From Eledone cirrhosa (taxonomy: Eukaryota), in contig OZ024743.1 of assembly GCA_964016885.1 (NCBI GenBank), positions 355,446,001 through 355,510,000 on the forward strand: a stretch of DNA of 64,000 nucleotides. The letters are read 5' to 3'. The notes below the pieces were generated by a model. It saw only the letters and a program-made list of their open reading frames with translations. It ran no database searches and was not told the DNA's origin. Below, piece by piece: positions 27,523-42,548 of this stretch. The stretch's first letter is position 1. Each line of letters opens with the position of its first letter. The position numbers were made by a program, and so were the translations under genes.

Positions 27523-28646
27523 CTGTGCTTTTCGCACTATTATGTATGTGTGTTGGTACGTATATATGCATGCATAAATATTAAACATATGTACATACAT
27601 AAACAATATATGTACACCAGCAACATGCATGCGTGCATACATAACTTTGGTCTCAAGGATATATATGAAACTACCTTTATCAAAACAATTTAACGTAGAC
27701 TCTTGAAAAAAGAACTCTGTTCATTACTGTTACTTGATCAATGTTTGTATTTCTTTGAATTCTACGAAAAAAACGGTTTTGCAAAAGATACTACCAATGA
27801 CAAGACACTGTAAACGTTTTCCTCGCCCTTACAATCTGTGCACTGAGCATACAGCCGAATAAAATAAACACCATATATGTATAATGTATGTATGAATAGG
27901 TGAGTAATTGTATGTAGGCGGACCTAAAGGTTTCATGTAATTGCGTTTACTTTCAACAGTACTCATTAGCGGGATTAATATAATTAGAAAACATAATTGT
28001 AGTAAGGTTATTTGAAAGTGTTGGGAATTTTTTAATAGTCATGTGGTCGATGAAGTCAAATTCTTTTTGTCAAGCGTTAGGATATGGGTTCTACTTTCAG
28101 GTTAATCAGCGAAAATGTTGCTATTCTGCAGCTAGTTGAGATAAAGTCTGAATGAAGTTTAGGATTGTTGTGGGGTGACGAATGATGGGCAGCAATTTTG
28201 CCTGTCCAACACTTTCAAATACACTACTAATACATTTTCTATTCTAGACTCACTAATCTGTACCGTTTATAATTATGTCAACCGTACGTGAAATAATCTT
28301 GATAATTAACTCGCCCTATTTGCCAACAATGGTTTCCCAAAAGTTAGTAATCTGTCACATTTTATGAGAAGTTAATAATGACTAGTGGATGGAGCACTGC
28401 CGACTGACAGGTCAGAAATTTGTATCATTTACAGACACGACATCTGTTAGGATCAGGTCACTTAATCGTTTATGATCTAGTCCGTTAAGCTCTCCAAACA
28501 TACCATAGTGTGGTGTATAGTTCACTGATGTAAACGGTAGCAAAAGCATTATCGAATTGTTGAGTTGGTTTCCAGGGCCGAGTACAAATCTATTGTCACA
28601 TAGAAAGGCTACTTTCCATGGATCTAGTAATGCAAAGAGTTAGGAC

Positions 28647-31425
28647 ATATATATATTTGATATATATTTATCCTTATCGAGCCCTCTTTGGATTTTAGTC
28701 TTTAAATTTATTATTATTGCTATATATATGTATATATATTATATATATTGAGTTATAATGTCGAAATAGTCTTTTACAATTAAATAGCTCAAAGAAGGGA
28801 ATATTTCCGTGTAATACAAATGAATATATGAGAGGGATGAACACTGCAACAAGTATATATATATATATATATATATAGTAATAATAATATATTTGAAGAC
28901 TAAAATCCAAAGAGGGCTAGATAAGGATAAATATATATCAAATATATAAGAACCGTAGAGCAAATATTTATTAAAATAGCAGATTAAAGTTTAAGCAAAG
29001 AATCGCTGCTTTCACCCTTAACAGGATCTTCTGAAACTAACAAAGTCAATCTGTGAACGCAGAAGTGAATATTTAAAAAACGTTGCAACCGGAGGAAGAC
29101 AGGAAGACGATACTTTGGTTCGTGGAAACGTTCCCTGGCAAAGAACGCAAAAAACGAATATTATACGTCATTATTTGGAGCGGTGAAAAACAATTACACG
29201 CAAAGACAAAACCACATTTATGGTATAAAATAATTCGTAGACTAATATTCTCTTAGGTGGTTCATAGAGACGTTCTCTGGCAATAAACCCTACGAAGTCC
29301 GATTTAGGTAGACTTAGTAAAAGGATTCTTGATAGAATTATACCTGAAATTAGAAGTTTGGCCCCTCTTGCACTGTGGAACAATTCTTTCGCGGTGATTG
29401 ATTGGTTCAACGGCATATGCAACAAGAGACATTGCCGTTTTATCCAATTCGAGATCAATAATTACTACTCCTCCATCACTTTTCCACTTCTCCTTAGAGC
29501 TATCAATTTCGCTAAAACACTCACAGTGGTTAAGGATTTCGAAGTCGATGTCATCCTCAATGCCCGTAACGGTGATTAATTTCGACGACTCTATTTGGAT
29601 TAAAAAATCTAATAGTACCCCATTCGACATGAGTATGGGTGCCAGCGATTCTGCGGAGGTTACTGATCTTATCGGCCGTTTCCTTCTTTTCTCTATCAAG
29701 GACGAATTCCCCAACGTGGGCGGTGGTTTGTACCGTGATGATGGTCTTTTGCCCATGACTAAGTGCGGCCCATTATATGGTATAACCCACCATACAATAT
29801 GGAGGTGGCTACACCATTAGCTAAGATCTTTTTCCCCCTACACATAAATATAGTAAAATTTTTAATAGAAATACTATTAAAATTTCTTACTCTACGACTC
29901 CTAACCTTGCACATAACATCACAGCTTCAAATTTAGCTAAACTACCTAGCCGTAGGAACACGTGCAACCCTGTAGTTAGTACTAACTGTATTTGTAGGAA
30001 TCGGGTTGACTGCCCCCTATCCGGGGAATGCCTCTCTAGTAACATTGTCTACAAATGTAAGGTTGAAACACCCACGTCCCGCAGGGCCTACATAGGGTTA
30101 ACCGCCAATAGATTCAAGCAGCGTCTTTACATGCATACCCATTCTTTTCGTTGCCCTTTAAGAAGGAATATGACGTCACTTTCAGCTTATAGCTGGAGTC
30201 TAAAAGACAACCACACCCAATATAAGTTGCACTGGGAGATCCTAGCTAGGGCTAGATCGTATAACGGAAATAAAGGACCATGTGACCTCTGTGCCGCTGA
30301 GGCCCTGGCAATACTCTACGCCAAAGAGCACATCTTAAACAAAAAATCTGAGGCAATTTCGGCTTGTAAACATAAATTGCACAAAACTTTCATGTATTAC
30401 AGCCCCACATTATACCCTAACGGATAGTACGAACTATACGCGGATATTTTACGTCTTGATGTGGTAGCTAAGTATATATTATGTTTATACCATTACTTAT
30501 TGGTATAGGTAAGTATATATTACCTGTATGTTTTGTGAAGGTACGTATACATTCTCGTACGTATATTTGATTGTATATGTTATGGCGTATATTTTATATA
30601 TTCTGGTACATATGCTTTTGGTTATGTGTATACGTGATTTTTGCGTCTGTGTGAGTATGCGGGTTCGTACCTATGTAAAGTGTGTGTATATCTGTACTTT
30701 GTGTTTTGGTTGGCGTATGTGTCCGAACATAGGTGTATTTACATGTAGGTATGTGTGTGCGCTTGTTATATACGTATTTATTTATTTATATACGTTTATT
30801 TAATTATTTGTATACATGCACACACACACATATATATATGTGCGTGTATTTGCATACCTATGGCGAGTGTTTTCGCGTATGCTTGTGTACGTACGTATAT
30901 GGATGCGTGTATGTATTTATTTAATTTCAATTACCTCTGTATTTTATTTATTTTATTCTTAACTCTGAAACCGAGAATCATTCGGTTTCCTAGTTAGAAT
31001 TTTAGTCTACGACTACAGTTATACCATTTACGTGGTTTTGTCTTTGCGTGCAATTGTTCTCCACGCTCCACATATGACGTATTATATTCGTTTTTCCGTT
31101 CATTGCCAGAGAACGTCTCTATGAACTACCTAATAGAATATTAGTCTACGACTTCTTTTATACCATAAACGTGGTTTTGTCTTTGCGTGTAATTGTTTTT
31201 CACCACTCCAAATAATGACGTATTATATCCGGTTTTTTTCCCGTTCTTTGCCAGGGAACGTTTCCACGAACCAAAGTATCGTCTTCCTGTCTTCCTCCGG
31301 TTGCAACGTTTTTTGAAATATTCACTTCTGCGTTCACAGATAGACTTTGTTAGTTTCAGAAGATTCCGTTAAGTGTAAAAGCCGCGATTCTTTGCTTAAA
31401 CTTTAATCTGTTATTTTAATAAATA
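28647..31425 (+). mobile_element. Penelope-like element (RT + C-terminal GIY-YIG; Hydra-clade-like), 5'-truncated, with inverted pLTR at 28878-29285
   Basis: RT motifs INPTKSDLGRLSK, FIQFEINNYYSSIT, FDMSMGASDSAEV, GLYRDDGL; deletion to IIWYNP; CxCx5C linker; IVY..YIGLT..FKQR endonuclease ending at 30427; ~1-kb 3' region with a ~139-bp tandem duplication. Confidence 0.9.
29283..30427 (+). pseudogene. Penelope-like RT/GIY-YIG ORF remnant
   Basis: Frameshifted ORF pieces 29358-29579, 29398-29820 and 30131-30427. Confidence 0.88.
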
Positions 31426-31532
31426 TATATTTATATATATAGTGACGAAACATAAGTCAATTGCATGAACTCATAATCCTTTCTGAATTTGTTTAGCAAG
31501 ATTCTTTATCTGAAAACGTGTGTTGAAACCGA

Positions 31533-32096
31533 TATTGTTTTGCTTTGGGAGGGTCATGTTGCCAATAAGAAACACAGGCACCAGTTGCTTTCACTTCAAT
31601 TTATTATAAATTAAATTTATAAATTTAAGAATTTATAAATTTCCGGTTGGCTGGTTGGTTCCACAACCATCTTGTTTTTGTGTGTGTTGTGTGCTTAGTT
31701 TGCGCAAGTGTTACATCCGGGTGTCTGTGTGTGTTTATATTTGTTTATTTATTTGTTTATTTACATGTTACTGGTTGGTTGTTTGTTCTATGTGTGTGTG
31801 TGTGTGTTTTCATTTTGACCTCAATTGTAAGGTGTGATGTTGCTATTCCATTCATGTTTTCTATTTAATTTGGTTGGAGTTCATTTATGCTTATTGCCTC
31901 TGTGATTTGTCTAAACATTGCGTCTTTTCTGTGTGTAGATTCTATTTTTATTTCTATGTTCTCTAATCGTCTGGTTGTAAACCAACCAACCGGAAATTTA
32001 TAAATTCTTAAATTTATAAATTTAATTTATAATAAATTGAAGTGAATGCAACTGGTGCGCGTGTTTCTTATCGGCAACATGACCCTCCCAAAGCAT

Positions 32097-32101
<5 letters not shown>
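31533..32101. repeat. Inverted repeat (31533-31660 / 31980-32101) of another pLTR-like family
   Basis: attgttttgctttgggagggtcatgttgcc... is mirrored; related ends occur at ~39940-40003 and ~47400-47425. Confidence 0.75.
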
Positions 32102-32144
<43 letters not shown>

Positions 32145-32274
32145 AAAGTTATATTTAAATTGTTGGGTTAACAACGAGTAAATATTTATAACTGATATAA
32201 AAGCACTCAACAAGTATTTGGAGTATATTTATGATATTAAATAAATGGAAACTATATTTATAAAACCATATTTA

Positions 32275-32336
32275 TTTCATTATATATATTTCAGGGATAT
32301 CATATTAACAATATGTTATGCCTTCTTCAGACAAAA
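32275..32336 (-). ncRNA. Type-I hammerhead ribozyme in solo pLTR-like insert 32142-32395
   Basis: ttttgt-CTGAAGA-agg c ataacatatt gtt aatatgatat c cct-GAAA-tatata-TA/atgaaa; flanks homologous to 16960-17402. Confidence 0.82.
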
Positions 32337-32418
32337 TACAATATAAACAGTCTTATAAATGAATAGATACGACATACCTTTCAATCGACTTATATATTAA
32401 ATATATTAAATATATATA

Positions 32419-34128
32419 TTTATTAAAATAACAGATTAAAGTTTAAGCAAAGAATCGCTGCTTTCACCCTTAACGGGATCTTCTGAAACTAACAAAGTCA
32501 ATCTGTAAACGCAGAACTGGATATTTCAAAAAACGTTGCAACCGGAGGAAAACAGGAAGACGATACTTTGGTTCGTGGAAACTTTCGCTGGCTAAGAACG
32601 GGAAAAAACGAATATAATACGTCATTAATAGGAGCGGTGAAAAACAATTACGCGCAAAGACGTAAGAGGTCGTAGACTAATGTTCTCTTAGGTGGTGCGT
32701 AGAGACGTTCTCTGGCGATGAACGAAAAAAACGAAGATAATACGTCATATGTGGAGCGTGGAGAACAATAGCACGCAAAGACAAAACCACGTAAATGGTA
32801 TAGCAGAAGTCGTAGACTAAATTCTAACTAGGAGACCGAATGAATCTCCGCTACGGAGTTAAGAACAAAGTAAATAAATACAATACAGAAGTAATAGAAA
32901 TAAATAAATACATACACGCAAAGAGAAACGTACATACACAAGCATACGCAAAAACTTACCATAGGTAAACAAAACCACGCACATATAAATATGTGTGTGT
33001 GTGTAAGCGTGTATACAAATAAATAAATAATTATATAAACGTATATAAATAAATAAATACGTATATAACAAGCGCACACACATACCTACATGTAAATACA
33101 CGAATGTTCGGAGACGTAAGTCAACCAAAACATGAAGTACACATATACACACGCCCTACATACGTACGAACCTGCATACTCACACAGACACAAAACTCCC
33201 GTATACACATAGCCGAACCATATGTACCAGAATATATAAAAAAAAAGTATACGCCATAACAATCAAATATACGTCCGAGAAGGTATACGTACCTTCACAA
33301 AACATATGGATAATATATACTTACCTATGCAAATAAGTAAAGGTATAAACAAAACATATGCTTAGCTCCCACATCGAGACGTAAAATATCCACGTATAGA
33401 TCGTACTATCCGTTAGGGTATAACGTGGGGTTGTAATACAGGAAAGTTTTGTGCAATTTATGTTTACAAGCCGAAATTGCCTCAGATTTTTTGTTTAAGA
33501 TGTGGTCTGTGGCGTAGAGTATTGCCAGGGCCTCAGCGGCGCAGAGGTCACATGGTATTTTATTTCCGTTATACGATCTAGACCTCGTTAGGATCTCCCA
33601 GTGTAACTTATATTGGGTGTGGTTGTCTTTTAGACTCCAGATATAAGCTGAAAGTGACGTCATATTCCTTCTTAAAGGGTAACGAAAAGAATGGGTATGC
33701 ATGTAAAGACGCTGCTTGAATCTATTGGCGGTTAACCCTATGTAGGCCCTACGGGACGTGGGTGTTACAACCTTACATTTGTAGACAATGTTACTAGAGA
33801 GACATTTCCCGGATAGGGGGCAATCAACCCGATTCCTACAATTACAGTTAGTACTAACTACAGGGTTGCACGTGTTCCTACGGCTAGGTAGTTTAGCTAA
33901 ATTTGAAGCTGTGATGTTATGTGCAAGGTTAGGAGTCGTAGAGTAAGACATTTTAATAGTATTTCTATTAAAAATTTTACTATATTTATTTGTAGGGGGA
34001 AAATGCTTCGTAATAAGGGAAAGAAAGATCTTAGCTAATGGTGTGGCCACCTACGGTTCTTATATATTTGATATATATTTATCCTTATCGAGCCCTCTTT
34101 TGATTTTAGTCTTCAGATTTATTATTAT

Positions 34129-34131
<3 letters not shown>
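32419..34131 (-). mobile_element. Second Penelope-like copy, opposite orientation, 5'-truncated at 34050, with inverted pLTR tail 34051-34131
   Basis: Reverse complement of 29800-31425; ends in (TA)n. Confidence 0.9.
33406..34050 (-). pseudogene. Penelope-like thumb + CxCx5C linker + GIY-YIG endonuclease, uninterrupted 214-codon frame
   Basis: KHFPPTNKYSKIFNRNTIKMSYS, CNCRNRVDCPLSGKC, IVYKCKV..AYIGLT, CDLC..E, LNKKSE..CKH. Confidence 0.88.
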
Positions 34132-34198
<67 letters not shown>

Positions 34199-34387
34199 GT
34201 TTGTATTTGTAAATCCAAGACAATGCAGGTATGGACATAGAATAAAGAATGCAAATGCAAAAGATATTGTTGACAATTAGTCTTTTACCTTAGATTTATT
34301 TAAATGTCCTTCATTTTCGAGATATTATCTCTTCTTCGGAGGGAAGTAAAGCGGTTAAAACAGTGTTCTAAATAGCTTGCCAAGTCA

Positions 34388-34481
<94 letters not shown>

Positions 34482-34680
34482 GTATGCATAATGGGTTTTT
34501 GCATCAATTTATTCGGATATTTTCCATTATAAATGACTCGACAGGTTAGACGACTATAGGTGTATTGGTTCCATATCACCAATCCGGTCTCTTCGGATGG
34601 TCTTCAAACATTTATTAATCCAACCCTGGTTCTATGGAGAACCAGGAACGGGTGGAGAAAGGAAGTGATAAAATACAATC

Positions 34681-34796
<116 letters not shown>

Positions 34797-34859
34797 TCTC
34801 TCTGCATAATGCGAAGAGAGATCCTTTTTGGAAGACACTGATCTCCAATCAATGCTTTT

Positions 34860-35800
34860 CATGGGATCAGAGGAAACCATTCTTTGAGACACGAAGACTA
34901 TATTTGACTGTAGAAAAGAAGACAATTCTGTGGTCTGATCCTATGCTGGAGATCGAAGAACAAGTCTGGAAATTTATGCTGTTTCTCCATTTCTTTCTAG
35001 AGAGAATGGAATCTAGGTGGGCTCTACTACCACTAGGCTTGGATTTCTTTTTTCATAAAAGTGTTATTAGATGAGAATAGATCAAACGCATTTAAAAGTT
35101 GTAATAACATTTCCCCATTTCAATTTGTTTCGGTGGTGAAGGTGAAAGGGACAGCTTCTGAACCAAGTTTGGCATTAAAATCTCCTGCGATTGTACGGAA
35201 GTTGTATCCTGGGGCATTAACAATAACATATTTCAAAGTTTGATAGAATTCAGTCACTCTCTCTTCATCACTACAGTTAGTGGGATCGTAGCTGGTGATG
35301 AAGGTAAATTTCTGGTTTGAGTTCAACTTTGCCACCATAATTCTATTGTCTATTTTTTCAGTGTTGATCAGATCTTCACAGGCCTTCGGGGATAGAAGAA
35401 CGCCTAATTCCACCAATTGTTGAATTTTGGGAGTTTTTCCATGCTGAGGCAGTGATAAGCTGGACGTTGTCAGATTTGATGTACTCTAGGTCTAATGTAT
35501 GATGAAACTGTTTACGTTCTTGTAGACGGATAATGTCAATGGCATTGGATTTTGTGCTTATTACTAGCTTAAGTATACCAAGAGGGTCAAGTGCTAAGAT
35601 TGAGTGTACTAAAGCGAGCTGACTGTTTGCATTTTAGTAGATGTTTTGATTTACTATCTACTCTATCTGGATCAGCTCGCCTGGATAGATCCTGGCTGGA
35701 AGCTGGTTCCTCGTCGGCCTCGGGAGATTAGATATGTGCTTCAGGAACATTATCTAAAGCAGGGGCTAGAAACCTAGAACGAACCTGTGGAGAATCCATT
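34860..35800 (-). pseudogene. APE-endonuclease fragment of an RTE-type LINE
   Basis: GVLLSPKA..RIMVA..SYDPTN..EFY..IAGDFNAKLG (ORF 35120-35416). Confidence 0.82.
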
Positions 35801-36459
35801 TATTCGATAACTAGTTAAAAGTACGCATCGCTAAATCTGTACAGTCCATTTTAAGGCTATTGACAGCCCTTATTTATTCATAAGTGGGGGCAGTGTTTAT
35901 GTAGGACCTCCATAATGCCATTTATTTGAAGCATAATGGAAAGACGGAGATGCCTCGATTCCTCTGATCTATCTCCAATGTGATAGCCATTCCCTTTGGG
36001 ATGGTCACAAATAGTACCGGTTTAACAGCTTGCCGAGTAGCAGTACCAGATAGAATAAGACTGATCTGACCACAACCCAAATATTAAAAAAAGAAAATCC
36101 TAAACATACTACACGACCAGCATGGATCTCTATCTCGGCTCCCACACCCGCACGCCAGGCTACTCATCAACCACATTACTTCCAGTCTTCTTAAAACCAT
36201 TTTTCATTTCCAAACTCCCATGTTCCAACCTTTCCTCTCTCACTCCGAACTCTCAGTTTCCTGAAGACGGACTTATGTTCGACATGTTTTTACATCTCTT
36301 TGTTTGTCTTTCTAATCCTGATTATTTCTTACGAATGAAACAGTTCCGGTCCTGTAGAAGCCATTTCTATATTAAATGTTGTATATACTTTACTAATGTA
36401 TTGAGTACTTCACTTACTGTGTTTACTCCCGATTAAACTCGGGACACACACACACACAC

Positions 36460-36524
<65 letters not shown>

Positions 36525-36601
36525 TATATATATGTACATGTATATATATATCATTTTATATGAGTGCACACACACATACACACACACACACACACAGACA
36601 G

Positions 36602-36667
<66 letters not shown>

Positions 36668-37475
36668 TATACAAATATAGTAAATCGACTCGTAGGCACC
36701 AATTTCCTGTAAATTAATTTTGTAAATGTATCATATCATACGACTAGTGACACAAAAGCAAAGGTAAACCTCTTCATATCATTAACTTTTCAACTAAAGT
36801 CCAAAGTACCGTGACAAATTTGTCGTCTTAGAGGAGAAAACACAAAAACTAGCTGGTGAGCAAACTTGATTTTCTAACTTGATATTTCACTATAAATATT
36901 GATTACTAGCCATTTAACAACACTTTTGTATCATCTTGTGCAAAAGAGTTGGCCTCCTATTACCGTATCTGTCTTATATTGTTTCATTGAAACAATTCAA
37001 TTACGTCGTTTAATCGAATATTTGGGGAACTGACTTGCTAATACTTTTTGTAACACAGTCACTATAATTACTAACCTCGAAACAGTATGTTGCCCGCAAC
37101 AATATGGCTGTATTTATCTATGATTTAAAGACTTCGAAATGTCAATATAAAGTGTTAATTCCCACTTAACTTTTTGTAGTTTTTAAACAGTTTCGGTAAT
37201 TTTAAAAATTAATATATTTATTGTTGCCGGTATATACATATATATTCTTTACTACAAATGCATACACATGACGTGCGCATATATATATATATACACTCAA
37301 AAGAATCAATATACACACACACAAACATATATCTATATATATTTACACACACATATAAATATATATGTATATATATATGTATGTGCCTGTGTACATTGAT
37401 TCTTTTGTATCTATTCGTACACTCCGTTCATCGCAGACAGACACACACGCACGCATACAAGAACACACACACATA

Positions 37476-37640
<165 letters not shown>

Positions 37641-37921
37641 ATAACCAGAAATATGGTGAAATATTGGTGAGATATTACGATCGGTGGTAAAATTGAACTT
37701 TATTTACAGACATATAATATATTTCCATTGAGAGCAGACGTGACAGAACATCGTCTTGATAATGAGTTAAAATATGTCTGTGTTAAAAGTATATATAATT
37801 ATATGTCTGAATGTGTATTTACGATTACACTTTACACTTCCTTCCGTCTAAATGGGGTAATGTGTGTGTATGTGCAAAAATACACATACACACACACACG
37901 TATATATATATATTTTATATA

Positions 37922-37993
<72 letters not shown>

Positions 37994-38074
37994 AATATAT
38001 ATTTATTTATATATATATTTATTTATATATATATATATATACTTATATATATATATTTATATGTATATGTATAT

Positions 38075-38152
<78 letters not shown>

Positions 38153-38442
38153 TATGTGTGTATGTAGCTATGTATCTATGTATGTGTGCATGTGTGTGTG
38201 CCTGCACGCGGTAATCTCTTTCTTTAATTCTTTCGAGTATTAGATTACAAACACACTGGGGGAACGTTAATGGGCGGGATTTTGTAGATATTTCTTCGTG
38301 TCTGGCAATTATTTTATCAATCTCTATTTGTCGAACCGCTACTTTACGTGTCATGGACAAAACATAAACATAAAGACAGACATAAACACATAGGCATACA
38401 TGCACACAGATAAATGTGCGCATACGCACACATATACAGGTA

Positions 38443-38500
<58 letters not shown>

Positions 38501-38507
<7 letters not shown>

Positions 38508-39002
38508 AAGTTAAATAAAAAGTCAAATGTTTAAAATTTAGCTTCGTTTATTACTGCTATATATATTTCAGTCCGAATTAGTATGGTATAGACAAGTATA
38601 TATGTTGTTGAGGTGTATAATATTGTCAATACTCTGATATGCCCAGTTCCTGGTTGGGTTGTTATTTCACTGAGGAACCTATATATACATATGATTCCAG
38701 TTCCTCAGTGAAATAACAACCCAACCAGGAACTGGGAATATCACAGTATTGACAATATTATACACCTCAACAACATATGTACTTGTCTATACAACACTAA
38801 TTCGGACTGCCTGAAGAGGTCACAGACAAAGATGGCTGTCACTGAAATATATATAGCAGTAATAAACGAAGCTAAATTTTAATCATTTGACTTTTTATTT
38901 AACTTTATTTTACACTACTCCGGAGTAACCAAACCAACCTGCGCACTTCGTCGAGTGCTCCAGCCTGCATACTGAGGTGTTGGGATACAGCCAACATATA
39001 CT

Positions 39003-39005
<3 letters not shown>
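38501..39005 (+). mobile_element. Fold-back Penelope-type pLTR element in (TA)n
   Basis: Arms 38501-38678 / 38700-38912 plus an unpaired tail; the left arm lacks 35 nt of the ribozyme. Confidence 0.8.
38806..38860 (+). ncRNA. Type-I hammerhead ribozyme
   Basis: actgc-CTGAAGA-ggt c acag[loop]ctgt c act-GAAA-tatata-TA/gcagt. Confidence 0.88.
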
Positions 39006-39068
<63 letters not shown>

Positions 39069-39156
39069 CTACATATACATACTTATATATAGAAAGATAA
39101 ATAGATAGGTATATAGATAGAAGAATGGATGGATAGATAGACACATAGATAGAGAA

Positions 39157-39225
<69 letters not shown>

Positions 39226-39229
39226 GAGT

Positions 39230-39266
<37 letters not shown>

Positions 39267-39280
39267 TGAGAGAGAGAGAG

Positions 39281-39345
<65 letters not shown>

Positions 39346-39491
39346 AGAGATTGGAAGTTGCTTGTGTAAAAATATTACGGCCTGATAATCATTTTCTGGC
39401 CTACGGTTGAGCTCTTACCGTTTCCCATATATAGATACATAACTTATATAACTATATATACATCGATATAGCGGTATATATATATATATTT

Positions 39492-39555
<64 letters not shown>

Positions 39556-39639
39556 AAATTTATATATATTTATATTTATATATATATGTATATTTATACA
39601 TATATATGTGTATTTATGTATGTATATTTATATATATAT

Positions 39640-39828
<189 letters not shown>

Positions 39829-39905
39829 TATGTGTATACATATATGCATATATATATATACATATATGTATATATATATGTATATATATATGCATATATG
39901 TACAC

Positions 39906-39941
<36 letters not shown>

Positions 39942-39996
39942 TTTCTGAATTTGTTTAGCAGGATTCTTTATTGGAAACATCACCCTCCCAAAGTAA

Positions 39997-40061
<65 letters not shown>

Positions 40062-40065
40062 TATT

Positions 40066-40765
40066 AATATTAATACAATAACAGAGATAGTTTAAAGCTA
40101 ATCTCTGACTGGTAACCATCTCACTCAACAAACATTAGGTTATATTTTAATATAAACCCAATTTAAGTGTTTGGGTTAATCAGTTTTTTCGAAAACATTA
40201 TGAATCCAACGTGTTAAGAACTCAATTGAAGTTAAATAAATAAATATATGCGTGTATAAATTACACACGCACATAGATATTTTCTTAGGCTAAAAACAGA
40301 GGTTGTACCTGAATAAGAAACCTCATCTCGTAACCGTAGTAAATACGGAAAGTTATGCTTTAAAGGGCAAATGGGAATGTAAATCTCCGGCCGAATTAAG
40401 AGTAAAATATAAAACACACGCGGGTTAATTAGTTATTTCAAAACTAATATCAATTCCTCGTGTAAAGAACTCAATTAATTTTAAAAAATAAATGTATGCA
40501 TGTAATTATATACATAGGCATATATATATTTTCTTAGGCTAAAAAACAGAGAAGTTACAACCAATAAAAACCACAATATCGCACAACAGTAATAAATACG
40601 GAAAGTCAAATTTATAAGGTACCTGGAAATAAACACCTCTGGCCAATCAAGAGTAAAATATTAATACAATAACAGAGATAGTTTAAAGCTAATCTCTGAC
40701 TGGTAACCATCTCACTCAACAAACATTAGGTTATATTTTAATATAAACCCAATTTAAGTGTTTGG
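40066..40765. repeat. ~105-bp identical direct repeats enclosing two diverged ~250-bp units
   Basis: 40066-40175 = 40657-40765; internal aagaactcaatt...ttttcttaggctaaaaa...aaatacggaaagt...aagagtaaaatat occurs twice. Confidence 0.85.
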
Positions 40766-41391
40766 GGTGCTAACAATATGTATTATGTGGAAAAGCCAGT
40801 TGTATTATTTTATGAGATATAATTAAAGTTAAAATGTATGTCTTTGCGTTGCTATCCTTCCTTGTTTGTTTACTGTCTCGCTCGCTTTACGCGATTTACT
40901 TGTCCCAGTAGCTTTATTTAGCTATTGCTCGCACCAACCGGAGGTATATGATTTTTAAAGAGATGAAATACCAATGAAGGTTGGAAAATCACTTACGAAG
41001 GACTATTTTTATCATATGTAACCCATGTGCAACCACGCAGTATTCTTTCCTCTCATGTTTTTTATAAATATATATATATATGTTACAACCTGTATATGCA
41101 TATATACATACACATACACACACACATCTATATATAATATATATAAATATATATATATATGTGTATATATATTTATATATATAGATGTGTGTGTGTGTGT
41201 GTGTATGTATATATGCATATACATGTTGTAACAGGTAAATTGGGACAAGTTTAAAAGGGATATATTTCTAATATTGTATAGATGTGTGTCTATATATAAA
41301 TGGGTATAAATGAATTATTCACACACCTTTTATACTTCCCATCTTTACATTTTCGTATGTTTATATTTTTATGTACATCTATATATATATA

Positions 41392-41496
<105 letters not shown>

Positions 41497-42255
41497 GTGT
41501 ATACATATATATATATTTATATACGTAAAGTTCGGAGCGTATGGGCATAAACACCTACTCACCGTACTGTGTTATTGCAGTATTGTGTTAGCTCAATGTA
41601 CATAGACAGAGCCATTATATATATATATATATATAAGCATATTTCAATAATAATATTTTATATAAATGGAAGTATGTGTATGGATCACTTATACGGATAT
41701 GTTTATATTTTCTTATATTTTTTTATATATATCCTTCTACGGATAAATTTGAAAAGTTGAAAACCAAACACCCCAAGGATGTATTTTTCTAATGTTTAGT
41801 ATTTATTCTGATTCTGTATATAATTCGATTAGATTTATACATCAAAACAAACACTAGTCTTTCGTAAATAGTCATTAAAATAATAAGTATGAAACAATAT
41901 TCAGTAATAATACTTATATAAGCAACTGTAAATAAACTGTCACCGGTAAATAATGATATATTGACACAGTAATTTAAATTTAACTTAATTATGTACTAAA
42001 TCATAACAAACCCTAGTTTTTCGTAAATGTTTCTTCCAAAATAATAAATATAAAACAATATATTGATGTTTATGAAAATATTTGATAAACACTGTAAAGA
42101 TAAAGAATCTTAAATAAACTAACACCGGAAGAAAACGATATTTTCGAAATACTCCTGAATGAATCCATTTGAAAATCACCAACACTATAAAATGACTAGG
42201 GCGGTGGATTGGCAGCATCGGTAGAGCGTCGGACGCCATGCTTTGCAGCATAGAG

Positions 42256-42304
<49 letters not shown>

Positions 42305-42308
<4 letters not shown>

Positions 42309-42425
42309 GTACAGACTAACGTTTAAGCAGAGAATCGCTGCTTTCACCCTTTACGCAAATGGTGAAAGCAGCGATTCTTTGCTTAAACTTGACCTGTACT
42401 TATATTAAATAATTGGTCTACGGGT
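42305..42425. mobile_element. Short fold-back fragment of a Penelope-like pLTR subfamily
   Basis: gtttaagcagagaatcgctgctttcacc / ggtgaaagcagcgattctttgcttaaac; follows a SINE 5' fragment (42198-42259) broken by (TA)n. Confidence 0.75.
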
Positions 42426-42511
42426 TTTTATATGTGTGTATATATATATATATAATACTAACACTGTTTGTACTGCACTCTTCGTTATTGTTTTTGTATT
42501 TTTTTTATTAT

Positions 42512-42548
<37 letters not shown>

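Noticed and set aside
39376-39427. Minus-strand GAAA-cggt..accg-TA half hammerhead
   Set aside because: The CUGANGA/stem II half is absent (truncated at (TA)n), so it cannot be called.
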